Source: Eledone cirrhosa (lineage: Eukaryota). From it: a DNA stretch of 64,000 nucleotides. The stretch lies in NCBI GenBank assembly GCA_964016885.1, contig OZ024761.1, positions 434,001-498,000 on the forward strand, in the 5' to 3' direction. The translations under genes were made by a program, and so were the position numbers. Every line of letters begins with the position of its first letter. Positions within the stretch are counted from its first letter, which is position 1. This document shows, piece by piece, positions 28,863 through 41,624 of the stretch. Under the pieces are notes generated by a model that saw only the letters and a program-made list of their open reading frames with translations, made no database searches and had not been told where the DNA came from.

Positions 28863-29282
28863 ATTGAATCTGGCCATACACATAAATATGTACACATACA
28901 CAATAAATCACTGACTACCACTCAAAAACACACACATATACACACATACATAATATGATCAGCCCTCTAAAACATAAACAATGAATCTAAACACACACTC
29001 GTACACACACACACACACACACATACTTATACACACATACACAATAAATCAGTGACCACCACTCTAAAATAGACGCATACACACACACACACAAAATCAA
29101 TGCGTGAGTATCTCCATACCCCCACCCCCCCCCCCGAAAACAAACCTCCACACACAGACACACACTCACACAGACACACAGACACTAACACGAAAAATTA
29201 AATATATAATACATATTTTATATATATTTATATATATATATAAAATTAAATATTTAAAAAAAAAACAAAGAAACCCACTCAC

Positions 29283-29695
29283 CTGAAATCTTTGTCGTGA
29301 TGTTTCAAATCAATGGAACTTAGTCCTAACGAGTTGTTGTAGCTCTCTCCTGAGACCCCTTGTCTTTTTGAACGCTGGTCCCCCGTGTGTTTCTTGAGCG
29401 GGGGCAAGTTCTCCTGTATGGTGGCCAGAATATCAGGCCTGCCCTCTTCGTTACACACTTTCAACTGCAACACCGATCGCAGTTTGTGTACTTCCTCGCG
29501 AAGCCGCTGTACATCGGCCGATTTCTCCTGCAGCTCACGCATTTTGTCGTGCAGTTCGGTCTCGTACCTGGAGATAACCGATTCCTTCTGTCGGATCTCT
29601 TTGCGGAGCTCCGGTATAAGGCTTTTGATACGATTCGCATCAAAAGTTTCGCCATCGATCACGAAATGGGCGTTATGGCTCGCACCATTGCCCAT
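29283..29695 (-). CDS. PRKG: First coding exon of a cGMP-dependent protein kinase (PKG): N-terminal leucine zipper and autoinhibitory pseudosubstrate
   Basis: MGNGAS start, heptad coiled coil (LRKEIRQKESVISRYETELHDK..LREEVHKLRSVLQ), KRQGVSGES pseudosubstrate, HDKDFR ending at a perfect AG|GTGAGT donor (29282-29277). Confidence 0.85.
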
Positions 29696-29821
29696 TCTGA
29701 TAATAGATCTCCACCCCTTTTGTCTGGAACCGAACGAAACATTGGAGCCAGCAATTGTTAACCCTTTCCTGATAACCCTTATTTATATATATATATATTT
29801 ATATATATATATGTGTGTGTA

Positions 29822-29870
<49 letters not shown>

Positions 29871-29998
29871 TTGAGGTAGAACTGTGGGTGGGTACGATAA
29901 TAATAGTAATAAATGAAAAATGATTGTGTACTGTGAAAATTATTCCGTAGTAAGTAGAGCACTTAGTCCATAGAACGAATTTGGTTGTGGGACTAACT

Positions 29999-30031
<33 letters not shown>

Positions 30032-30589
30032 GTATGTGTGTGTAAGGATGTATGTATGTATGTGTGTGTGTGTGTGTGTGTATGTATATCACGGATTGTT
30101 GCCGCTTGTGAGCTGTCCGTTCCTTACGGTCTGTATTAAATCGCAAACAGATACACACTGGCGATTTTTCTCCTCCTCCTGTAACTCCTTCTTTCTTCCT
30201 TTTTCTCTCTTTCTCCTACTCTTTTCTTTCTCCTTCTCTTTTTCTTTCTCCTTCTCTTTCTCCTCTCACGGCTCCACAGTCGTAAACTGACTTAGCACTG
30301 CTGCTCGGTAATCAATGCGACTATCACTGTTACTACTACTACTACAACTGCATGTTGCTGCTGCTGCTTCTACAATTAATACTATTGTTGCTGCTGTTAC
30401 CACTACTGCTGTTTCTACAGGTACTGCTGCTTCTGCTGCTGTTGCTGTTATACAAGTCGTTGTTGTGGCTGCCGTTGCTAATATTTCGATATTTGCTGAA
30501 AGATACCATTACTGTGTTGGAGAAGAAGGAAAGAGGAAAAAAAAAGAAAAACAAAAGTCAAATTATCATTATCAATTATCAATATCATT

Positions 30590-31697
30590 ATTATCAGCCA
30601 TATTTATCATTATTATAATAATTATTCATCATTATTGCAATCATTATGGCTATCATTACTATTATAATTATTATTACTATCATTATTATAATCATTACTA
30701 TTATCATTACTGTTATCATTACTGTTATCATTACTGCTATCATTACCGCTATCATTACTGATATCATTACTGTTATCATTACCGCTATCATTACTGATAT
30801 CATTACTGTTATCATTACTACTATCATTACTACTATCATTACTGCTATCATTACTGTTATCATTACTACTATCATTACTGCTATCATTACTGCTATCATT
30901 ACTGTTATCATTACCACTATCATTACTACTATCATTACCACTACCATTACTACTATCATTACTGCTATCATTACTGTTATCATTACTACTATCATTACTA
31001 TTATCATTATTGTTATCATTACTGCTATCATTACTGTTATCATTACCACTATCATTACTACTACCATTACTGCTATCAGTACTGCTATCATTACTACTAT
31101 CGTTAGTACTATCATTACTGCTATCATTACTGTTATCATTACTACTATCATTACTGTTATCATTACTGCTATCATTGCCGTTATCATTACTGTTGTCATT
31201 ACTACTATCATTACTGCTATCATTACTTTTATCATTACTACTATCATTACTGTTATCATTACTGCTATCATTACTGTTATCATTACTACTATCATTACTG
31301 CTATCATTACTGCTATCGTTACTGTTGTCATTACTACTATCATTACTGCTATCATTACTGTTATCATTACTACTATCATTACTGCTATCGTTACTGCTAT
31401 CATTACTGTTATCATTACCGCTATCATTACTACTATCATTACTACTATCATTACTACTACCATTACTGTTATTATTACTGCTATCATTACTACTATCATT
31501 ACTGTTTTCATTAATACTACCATTACTACTATCATTACTGTTTTCATTACTGTTATCATTAATACTACCATTACTGATATCATTACTGTTATCATTACTG
31601 TTATCATTACTGACATCATTACTACTATCATTAATACTACCATTACTGATATCATTACTACTATCATTACTGTTATCATTACTGCTATCATTACTAC
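30590..31697. repeat. 12-bp minisatellite (atcattactRYt)
   Basis: Directly visible; source of the Ile/Thr and Leu/Ser pseudo-ORFs. Confidence 0.95.
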
Positions 31698-31701
31698 AAG
31701 A

Positions 31702-31885
31702 TTGGCAGTATCGGTAGAGGTTCGGACGACATGCTTTGCAGCAAAGAGTTACGGCCCTTTATGATCTGAGTTCAAATCCCGCTGAGGGTAACTTTTTCTT
31801 TCATTCTTACGGGGTCGATAAAATAAAGTACCAGTAATACACTGGGATAACTGCTGGCCTTGTGCTAAAAGTAGAAACAGTTATT
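31702..31885 (+). mobile_element. tRNA-derived SINE
   Basis: A-box-like ttggcagtatcggtaga, B-box gagttcaaatcc, central tttcattcttacggggtcgataaaataaagtacc. Confidence 0.85.
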
Positions 31886-32142
31886 TCATTATTATTATTA
31901 TTATTATTGCTGTCATTACTGCAGTTATTATGATTGTTATTGTTATTCCATTACCATAATAATTATTATCATCGTGTGCATGTATGTATATATATATTTA
32001 TGTATATATATATATATGTATGTATATATATATATATGTATGTATATATATATATATATGTATGTATATATATATATGTATATATGTATGCATATATGTA
32101 TATATATATATATATGTATGTATATATGTATGTATGTATGTA

Positions 32143-32690
32143 TGTTGGCGACTAAACTGGCAACCCCACCAAGGTTTCTTGGTGAGGAGGGTGACTTTGG
32201 ACATCCTGCAGGACTAAAAACAAAACCTGTCAAAGGGCAAAGGGGCTCTTAAGAGTCAATGGCCATCCAAAATCACCGAGAGAGATGACCCCTTAGCCTC
32301 TGACAAGGCAGAATTCTAGGAGAAGGAAAACTCTGATATAACACCTGCAACTCTGATGGTATCCAATGATGTTGACTTGTTCTTCTTTTTGGTAAATATC
32401 ATCTTGGTTAAGAGAGTGGGACTGGCTTTGTGCAGCGCCTTTCCTCACTATAAGAGCTTCACGGCACAGGCATTGCTTTATATCTGGAGATCTCTCTGCA
32501 CTTGTCGTCACATGGTACCATGGGCCCAGCACTATGTGTCAATAATTGTCACAAGTGTAGTGTTTGTACCAGAGTTTTCAAGTCGCTGGCTGGACTAAAA
32601 AGTCACACTCGTTCAGCGCATCGGTAGGAGTTCTCTTACATGGATATAAAGTAGTGGCCGTACTCGAAAACGAGTTGGCAGCCATCATGT
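32143..32690 (+). mobile_element. Non-autonomous RTE-derived element with (TATG)n tail; partial copies at 35393-35643 and ~36335-36810
   Basis: Near-identical repeat at 35393-35643; tctaggagaaggaaaactctga resembles RTE 5'UTRs as I recall them; ends in a tetranucleotide tail. Confidence 0.55.
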
Positions 32691-32729
32691 ATGTATGTAT
32701 GTATGTATGTATGTATGTATGTATGTATG

Positions 32730-32817
<88 letters not shown>

Positions 32818-32821
<4 letters not shown>

Positions 32822-33276
32822 AGTTTATGTTGGTTGTATACCAACACCTCAGTATGCAGCCTGGAGCACTCGACGAAGTGCGCAGGTTGGTTTAGTTACT
32901 CCGGAGTAGTGTAAAATAAAGTTAAATAAAAGTCAAATGATTAAAATTTAGCTTCGTTTATTACTGCTATATATATTTCAGTGACAGCCAGCTTTGGCTG
33001 TGACCTCTTCAGGCAGTTTGAATTAGTATGGTATAGACAAGTACATATGTTGTTTAGGTGTATAATATTGTCAATACTCTGATGAGCTCTGATGAACTGG
33101 GCATATCAGAGTATTGACAATATTATACACCTAAACAACATATGTACTTGTCTATACCATACTAATTCAAACTGCCTGAAGAGGTCACAGCCAAAGATGG
33201 CTGTCACTGAAATATATATAGCAGTAATAAACGAAGCTAAATTTTAATCATTTGACTTTTATTTAACTTTATTTTA
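32818..33276. mobile_element. Fold-back mini Penelope-type insert: 172-bp arms (32912-33083 / 33105-33276), each with a hammerhead, plus a one-sided tail
   Basis: Near-perfect inverted repeat, (TA)n on both sides. Confidence 0.8.
33171..33225 (+). ncRNA. Type I hammerhead ribozyme (mirror at 32963-33017, minus)
   Basis: ACTGC-CTGAAGA-ggtcACAGCCA-aaga-TGGCTGTcact-GAAA-tatat-ATA-GCAGT-aataaa. Confidence 0.8.
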
Positions 33277-33282
33277 TATATA

Positions 33283-33354
<72 letters not shown>

Positions 33355-33669
33355 TTATATATGTATGTATATATGTATGTATATATATATAAATATGTAT
33401 GTATATGTGGATGTATGTATATATGTATGTATGTATCTATACATGTATTTTCTTCTGGTTTTATAATTTCACAAAGTTTTACCAATAAAGAGAGAGTCGG
33501 TTTCTAACATAGACACAAGACTCTCTCATTAGAATTTACACAACATCAACTAGGTAGATATGTATGTCTGCATGTGTAGATATGGATATTATTGTAATTG
33601 TGGATGTGTATGTTTTGAGTTGTATGTGTGCATGTGTATAAGCTTTGTATCTGTACATGTGTATATGCC

Positions 33670-34960
33670 GTTATTAGATGCAATATTTTTGGAATGTTTT
33701 ACATATTATTACTGTTCCATTAAAGGATTGTACTTGTAATTTCCTAACTAGTTGTGTTCTTTCTGTTCCTGTGAAGCCTAGCTTCTCAAGTTTGTATTGA
33801 GGCAGTTACTAACATATCCCAGTGCCCCAATAATCACAGGCATAAATCTGAAGGTGTAATCAGGGTGGAGTATCTGCAGATTTCTCATCAGTTCTGAATA
33901 TATATTCTCCTTTTCACTAATCTTTGATATTATATTGGCATCTGCTGGGCAGCTAATCGCCACTACTGTGCATGTTTTCTTCTCCCTGTCCCATATCATA
34001 ATATCTGGTCTGTTATGCCTGCATTTTATTGGGGTTTTTACTGGAACATTCCACCAGTACTCTTTCATATTATTTACATGGATGTCTTCCACATTGTTGT
34101 AGCTTTTAATGTGTTTATTATCGGGGCTATCTTTTTTACGAACTGCATTGTACAGTGTTTGGGCCACTACATCATGCCTCATAGGTAGATAGTACCGCGA
34201 TGACATCTTTGGACAGCTGCTGATGACATGGGTGATATCCTCGATGTTAGTTCTGCAGAGTCTGCACTTGTTAACACATCTAGGTGTTTTGCCTGCATCC
34301 CTATCTCTTTTGTGAATCAGGTATTTCATGCTAATCTCCTGTTCCTGGATTGCAAAAGCGTATCCTTCAAAGTGGGAGCCAATATAGCGGTTGTTGGTCC
34401 AAGATAGACTACTTTCCTTATCTATATTACTCTCACTCTGGACCTTCCTGGCAACATATCCATGCATGATTTTTTGCTGATAGGCATGCAGCTTTTCATC
34501 CATGGATTCACTGCGATACTGCTGAGCGACATCCCTAGGTGTGAGATTTTGATTATCACACAGGGAATATCTCTCAAGCAGTTCCTTCCCAACTCTCATG
34601 ATCTTATCTGTTTCATGCAGATATACTTGCTCGAGAAACGGGCTCCTACGCTTCGAGGTTCGTAGATGTTGTCGGAGAGATATGATGCGACATTCAAATG
34701 TTGTCTGGACTGATGTTAGGCCTCTGCCTCCCTGCTTACGTTTCAAGTAAAGGCGGTCTATGTCACTGTTGATGTGGAAGTTTGCGGTGTTGTTCAGTAT
34801 TTTTCGAGTTCCAACATCAACTGCTCGGATTTCGTCGATCGTCCAATTGAGTATTCCAAACGATGGTGTTAGGACAGGCACAGCAAACACATTGTGAGCC
34901 ACTGTTTTGTTTTGCGCAGAGAGTTCCGATGACCAGATCTTTCTTAATCGGGACATCGCG
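33670..34960 (-). mobile_element. 5'-truncated R4/Dong-like non-LTR retrotransposon (RT thumb, CCHC knuckle, restriction-like endonuclease); ORF 33778-34956
   Basis: RLYLKRKQGGRGL, AIQEQ, CRLC..EDITHVISSC, RHD, RPDIMIWD, PVIIGALG. Confidence 0.85.
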
Positions 34961-35956
34961 CTACGCGTTCTTTATTACAGATATTACAGATACCATTATG
35001 TATATATGTATGTATATGTTATCTCTTTCTCTTAATTTCGAGTATATTTTTGATCGGCCACCTTCCTGGTGGCAATGTTGTAAAAGAAAAGAATTTGTCA
35101 TCCCTTGAATCGCAAGAATGTTGTGCAAATTTTGAAGGTGCCAGCTATCGCAGCCATTTGTAGACTATAAATTAGGGAGCTGCGCTCTTTGTCCGCAAAT
35201 CCAAGTTCAGTCATACTTTGGTCCAAGCGGGTTGGTATATAACCCGTAGCTCCAATAATTATGGGTAAGAATATGTATATATGTATAAATGTATGAATGT
35301 ATGTATATATGTATATATATATGTATGTATGTATGTATATATGTATATATATATATGTATATATGTGTGTATCTATATATATATATATATGTGCCTTTGC
35401 TCACTATAAAAGCTTCACGGCACAGGCATTGCTTTATACCTGGAGATCTCTCTGCACTTGTCGTCACGTGGTACCATGGGCCTAGCACTATGTGTCAGTA
35501 ATTGTCACAAGTGTAGTGTTTGTACCAGAGTTTTCAAGTCGCTGGCTGGACTAAAAGGTCACACTCGTTCAGCGCATTGGTAGGGGTTCTCCTACATGGA
35601 TATAAAGTAGTGGCCGTACTCGAAAACGAGTTGGCAGCCACCATATATATATATACGTATGTATATATGTACGTATATATGTATACAGATGATTATGTCT
35701 CTGTCTCTATGAATGTATGTATATATTTATGTATGTGTTGCATGTATGTATATATTTATATATGTGTACATGTATGTATATATTTATGTATGTGTGCATG
35801 TATATATATGTTTATATATGTGTATATGTATGTATATATTTATGTATGTGTGCATGCATATATATATTTATGTATGTGTAAATGTATGCATATATTTATG
35901 TATTTGTGCAGGTATGTATGCCTGTATTTATACATATATTTGTCTATTTGTGCATG

Positions 35957-36064
<108 letters not shown>

Positions 36065-37070
36065 CGTTTCTCTGTCTGTATGAATGTATATATATATTTA
36101 CGTACGTGCATGTATATATGTATATATATATATGTCTATGGCTGTATCTGTGTAAGTATGGAGGTCTACATGTATGCATATATGTATTTATTTATGCATG
36201 TATGTGTGTATGTACGTATATACATGTTTGTCTGTGTGTATATATGTATTATCTGTGCATGTATGGGGTGTGCACGTATTTATATATGTATGTATTTGTG
36301 CATGCATCTGTGTATGTACGTATATACATGTTTGTCTGACAAAGGGCGGAAGAACTCATAAAAGTCAACGGACATCCAAAAGTGTGTAAATATGTATATA
36401 CACATGTACTTATGTATGTATATGTGTATATACATGGGTGCATGTGTATGTATATGCGCGAGGACATAGAAATAATCGCGCTGGACACCCGATCGCGCGG
36501 TTAAACCACTGGGAGTGAAGGACCCCTAGCCTTTCTCAGGGCATTCTTCTAGGAGAAGGCAACTCAGGAAACTGGGATAACTCCGATATAAAACCTGCGG
36601 CTCAGTAGTTACCGATGATGTTGATCTTTTCTTCTTTACGGGTTATAGCTACTGTCGCTCAGAGAGTGGGATTGGCTCAGTGCACAGTCTTTCCTCACTT
36701 TAAAAAATATCTTCACGCACAGGCATTGCACGATAGACTTAATTAATAATTATTAATAATGGTATATCGTGCAATGGCCATACTCGATAACGAGGGGGCA
36801 GCCATCATCATCTGTGCATGTATGTATGTGTGTATGTACGTATATACATGTTTTTTTTCTGTATGTATGTATCTTTGTGTGTATGTGTGCAAGTATATGT
36901 GCATGTATATGTGCATGTATATGTGTGTGTATGTCTGCGTGTATGTGGTGGTGCATGTATGTATGTGGTGATGGTGAGGGTAGTGGCGGCGACGGTGGTG
37001 TTAATTGACTTTTTTGAGTGAAACTCTTTATGATGTGTTATGGGGGACTTACAAGCATTATTCATTCTAA

Positions 37071-37255
37071 GGGCGGTGGATTGGCAGTATCGGTAGAGGG
37101 TCGGACGCCATGCTTTCCAGCATAGTTACGTCCCTTTATGATCTGAGTTCAAATCCCGCCGAGGTTAACTTTGCCTTTCATCCTTACGGGGTCGATAAAA
37201 TAAAGTACCAGTAATGCACTGGATAATTGCTGGCCTTGTGCCTAAAGTAGAAACA
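37071..37255 (+). mobile_element. Full-length tRNA-derived SINE with a 14-bp TSD
   Basis: A and B boxes; attattcattctaa at 37057-37070 and 37256-37269; central gcctttcatccttacggggtcgataaaataaagtacc resembles the Meta/MESC-type SINE core (from memory). Confidence 0.9.
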
Positions 37256-37409
37256 ATTATTCATTCTAAAACGTCCAGACTGGCAATACCGGGGGGTGGG
37301 GGTGATGGTAGTGGTGTGTGAAGGAGGGGGTGTCTGTATATTGTGTAGTGAGGAAGGTCATAGTTAGTTTCACTGTCAGACACCGCTGAGTATGAAGGCA
37401 GTTATGTAT

Positions 37410-37467
<58 letters not shown>

Positions 37468-37714
37468 GTATATATTGTTATACTTGGGGAGGTTCATATT
37501 GCCAGAAATAATAACAGAACACACGCACACACTCTCTCGCTCTCTCTCTATATATATATATGTGTGTGTGTGTCTGTGTGTGTGTGTGTATATATATGTA
37601 TATAGATGTGTGTGTGTGTGTGTGTATGTGTATATATATATGTATATAGATGTATGTATATTTATGTGTATATATGTATGTATATGTATATATATGTGTG
37701 TATATGTATATATT

Positions 37715-37745
<31 letters not shown>

Positions 37746-37922
37746 TGAGAGAGAGAAAGAGAGAGACTATTAAATAGATAGATATTTGGAATATTTATTA
37801 CAATAATTTGTCAATGGTTTTTCAAGAACAGAGCAGAGAATACAATACGTTGGGCAAGATCAGTATACGGTCTATTTAGTTTATAACTTAGTCATAGAAT
37901 TGGAATCATGTTTAACTACTCC

Positions 37923-37970
<48 letters not shown>

Positions 37971-37972
<2 letters not shown>

Positions 37973-38372
37973 TTTTATTTTATGCAAAAGTTTTATTTAA
38001 AATTGTTGGGTTACAACGAGTAAATATTTTATAACTGATATAAAGCACTCAACAAGTTTTGGAGTAGATATACGATATTAAACAAATGGAAACTATATTT
38101 ATAAAACCATATTTATTTCATTATACATATTTCAGGGATACCATATTATAAATATGGCATGCCTTCTTCAGATAAAATACAATACTGCCAAACCAACTTT
38201 TTTAAATGGAAGTTGATCAATATTTTATGGTACATCAAATTTATTTATAAAACTGCTTATATATTGTATTTTATCTGAAGAAGGCATGCCATATTTCTAA
38301 TATGGTATCCCTGAAATATGTATAATGAAATAAATATGGTTTTATAAATATAGTTTCCATTTGTTTAATATC

Positions 38373-38378
<6 letters not shown>
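37971..38378. mobile_element. Fold-back mini Penelope-type insert (arms 38068-38184 / 38262-38378) with hammerheads at 38117-38176 (-) and 38270-38329 (+)
   Basis: tttat-CTGAAGA-AGGcATGCCATATT-tct-AATATGGTATcCCT-GAAA-tatgt-ATA-atgaa; same family as 53637-54081. Confidence 0.8.
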
Positions 38379-38451
<73 letters not shown>

Positions 38452-38508
38452 TATGTATAACAGCCGTACTAAGAGTGAGAAATGAAATTTCGTTTCATTT
38501 TTTCCATT

Positions 38509-38591
<83 letters not shown>

Positions 38592-38676
38592 CTGTGTGTG
38601 TGTGTGTGTGTGTGCCTGTGTGTGTGTGTGTGTGTGTATTTGAGTTTGGGGTGGATGTATATATTATATATATATA

Positions 38677-39320
38677 CTAGCAGTGGTACCCGGCGTTGCA
38701 CGGGATAAGGTATTTGGGAACGCGGGCCGTCAACAGACCTAATCATGGAAAAACTGCATGCCTGGACAATATGTAAAGAAAATAAACCGAATACTCTGAT
38801 GGCTGGATAATCTTTAAGATTTTCCTCGATGAAGCAGGAAAAATGCAGGTTTTCACCTAATTCGGGCCCTAGGGGATCAAGAAAATGAATTTTTTTTATG
38901 TACATAATATGCTTTGAAATACCGGGAAAATCGGCTAGACGTAAAGCCTCAAAAAAGCCCTAAATAGCTGAAAAAATGAAGTTTTTCATCTAATGCGGGC
39001 CCTAGGCCATAACAAAAGTTGGATTTTCTTTGCTCACGGTATGAAGAAGAGACTGACTAATACATAGTTGCAATTTCAAGGAATCGGTCTGACGTAACGC
39101 CTACAAAAAAACCCTAAAAAGCTGGAAAAAAAAACGCAGTCTTTCACCTAATGCGGGCCCTAGGGGATCAAAAAGTTATAATTTATGTACATAATACTCC
39201 CTGAAACATAAGTAATACCCATGTAAAGTTTGAAAAAGATCGGTTGGGTACTTCTCGATATTTAGGGATTCGAACTCACAGAGACACACACAGACAAACA
39301 TCCTCTATTATATACATAGA
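38677..39320 (-). mobile_element. Non-autonomous Helitron-like element
   Basis: Minus strand starts TCTATGTATATAATAGAGG and ends cccgtgcaacgccggg..CTAG|T; three internal cctaatgcgggccctagg sub-repeats. Confidence 0.75.
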
Positions 39321-39454
39321 TATAGATATATACGCTTGTGGATTCTACCGGATCAGTTGAAGACAGTTGCTGCTGACAGAACCCGTTGAAAGGAGTGTTT
39401 GAGGACTCCGACCCCACGATCCTCTCAGGAATAAGTGGGGGAAGAAGATATATA

Positions 39455-40107
39455 TCTAAAACTGAGGATGTCTATGTGTGTGTCTGTGTGTCTGTGAGTT
39501 TGAATCCCTAAATATCGAGAAGTACCCAACCGATCTTTTTCAAACTTTACATGGGTATTACTTATGTTTCAGGGAGTGTTATGCACAACTTTTTGATCCC
39601 CTAGGGCACAACTTTTTGATCCCCTAGGGCCCGCATTAGGTGAAAGACTGCGTTTTTTTTCCAGCTTTTTAGGGTTTTTTTGTAGGCGTTACGTCAGACC
39701 GATTCCTTGAAATTGCAACTATGTATTAGTCAGTCTCTTCTTCATACCGTGAGCAAAGAAAATCCAACTTTTGTTATGGCCTAGGGCCCGCATTAGATGA
39801 AAAACTTGTTTTTCAGTTTTTTAGGGCTTTTTTGAGGCTTTACGTCTAGCCGATTTTCCCGGTATTTCAAGGCATATTATGTACATAAAAAAAATTCATT
39901 TTCTTGATCCCCTAGGGCCCGCATTAGGTGAAAACCTGCATTTTTCCTGCTTCATCGAGGAAAATCATAAAGATTATCCAGCCATCAGAGTATTCGGTTT
40001 ATTTTCTTTACATATTGTCCAGGCATGCAGTTTTTCCACGATTTGGTCTGTTGGCGGCCTACGTTCCAAAATACCTTATCCCGTGCAACGCCGGGTACCA
40101 CTGCTAG
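39455..40107 (+). mobile_element. Non-autonomous Helitron-like element (second copy, opposite orientation)
   Basis: Inverted homologue of 38677-39320; 3' hairpin cccgtgcaacgccggg + CTAG|T. Confidence 0.75.
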
Positions 40108-40404
40108 TATATACATATAGTATGGTATGGTCCCGTAGTAACACTTGTGACCTGGGATGCTTCAGGATGTTGAGTGCTTACTTCAGGATACATCGAGATT
40201 TGCCAATTACAATACCCTAACTGGTCGTCTACTGCATATAATATTATATATATATATATACCATGATTTTCTGAAACATCGCGACTTTGTTGTAAGAAGC
40301 CAAATAAATAATATATATATTAGCTATATATGTACGTATATAATATATATATATGTATGTATATAATATATATATATGTATATACACATACATATATATG
40401 TATC

Positions 40405-40592
40405 TTGTTTCTACTTTTGGCACAAGGCCAGCAATTACCCAGAGCATTACTGGTACTTTATCTTATCGACCCGGTAAGGATGAAAGGCAAAGATAACCTC
40501 GGCGGGATTTGAACTCAGAATGGCAAGGGCCGTAACTCTATATGTCAAAGCATGGCGTCCGGCCCTCTGCCGATACTGCCAATCCACCGCCT
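40405..40592 (-). mobile_element. tRNA-derived SINE
   Basis: Reverse complement of 37071-37255. Confidence 0.9.
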
Positions 40593-40772
40593 GTATGTGT
40601 ATATAATACTTATATGTGTATGATGATTAGGGGCAGAGACAAACGGTATATTGTTCCATACTGTGACAGTGAATGCTGTGGTGATGATGATGATGGTATT
40701 GATGGGAATGGTAGTGAAGTTCTTATCAGTATTATCAACAAACAGACACTCCTTTAAAGTACACACACACAC

Positions 40773-40848
<76 letters not shown>

Positions 40849-40934
40849 TTGTACACTCACAAACACGCGATTACACAAAAAATGGACAAACTGTCTTACT
40901 GTATTAAAACTGTGTGTATATATATATATATGTA

Positions 40935-41555
40935 CTAGCCGAATTACCCGCGCCTTGCTGCGTTTCACATTTTTTTTTTTTTTTTTCTTGTAAGAAAATG
41001 ATGATTGATTTTAGATCAGTGATATAATTTATGGAGAAAAACTTTCCATTTCAATATTACTCAATGTAAAATGTCATGCATGAAAAATTGGAAAACTTAT
41101 TTTTTGTAATATATCAAATCTAAATTACATTATTAAATATTATTCTTATTTTGTTTCTTGTAAATAATTTTTTTTTAAATATCAATTCAAAACTTTTGTG
41201 AATAGCCATCATATCTTGTCATTTACCTATGGTTTAAATTTCATATAAATCGAAGGGAAAACATTTTCAACGAGGGTTTGTGTCTCCGGGGAACACTAAT
41301 AGGGGGTTTAACCCCCGTTACGGTGTCTTAATATTATTGAAATTTGCTGAAATGTTGTTGATAGACACCATATTTTGTATTTTGTCATTTACCTATGGTT
41401 TAATATAAATCGAAGGGGAAAAATTTTCAGCGGGGCTTTTCAGCGGGGATTTGTGCCTCCGGGGAACCCTTTGATATTTATGGTTATGGGGGTCTATCTC
41501 CAAAACCATAGGAGGAGTTCGTGAACAAACAAATAAACAAACAGACATGAACTAC

Positions 41556-41560
<5 letters not shown>
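40935..41560 (-). mobile_element. Non-autonomous Helitron-like element; related 5' fragment at ~45654-45725 (+)
   Basis: CTAG terminus beside a GC hairpin; (TTTG)n near the 5' end; homology to 45654-45725. Confidence 0.55.

Positions 41561-41620
<60 letters not shown>

Positions 41621-41624
<4 letters not shown>

Noticed and set aside
29696-30290. PKG 5'UTR exon or promoter (possible GTAAGG donor at ~30127, minus)
   Set aside because: The acceptor lacks a polypyrimidine tract; cannot be supported without transcript data
30594-31764. 365-372 aa Ile/Thr/Met or Leu/Ser ORFs
   Set aside because: A 12-bp minisatellite open in several frames on both strands
37071-37160. tRNA gene
   Set aside because: A and B boxes belong to a multi-copy SINE with a TSD; no cloverleaf
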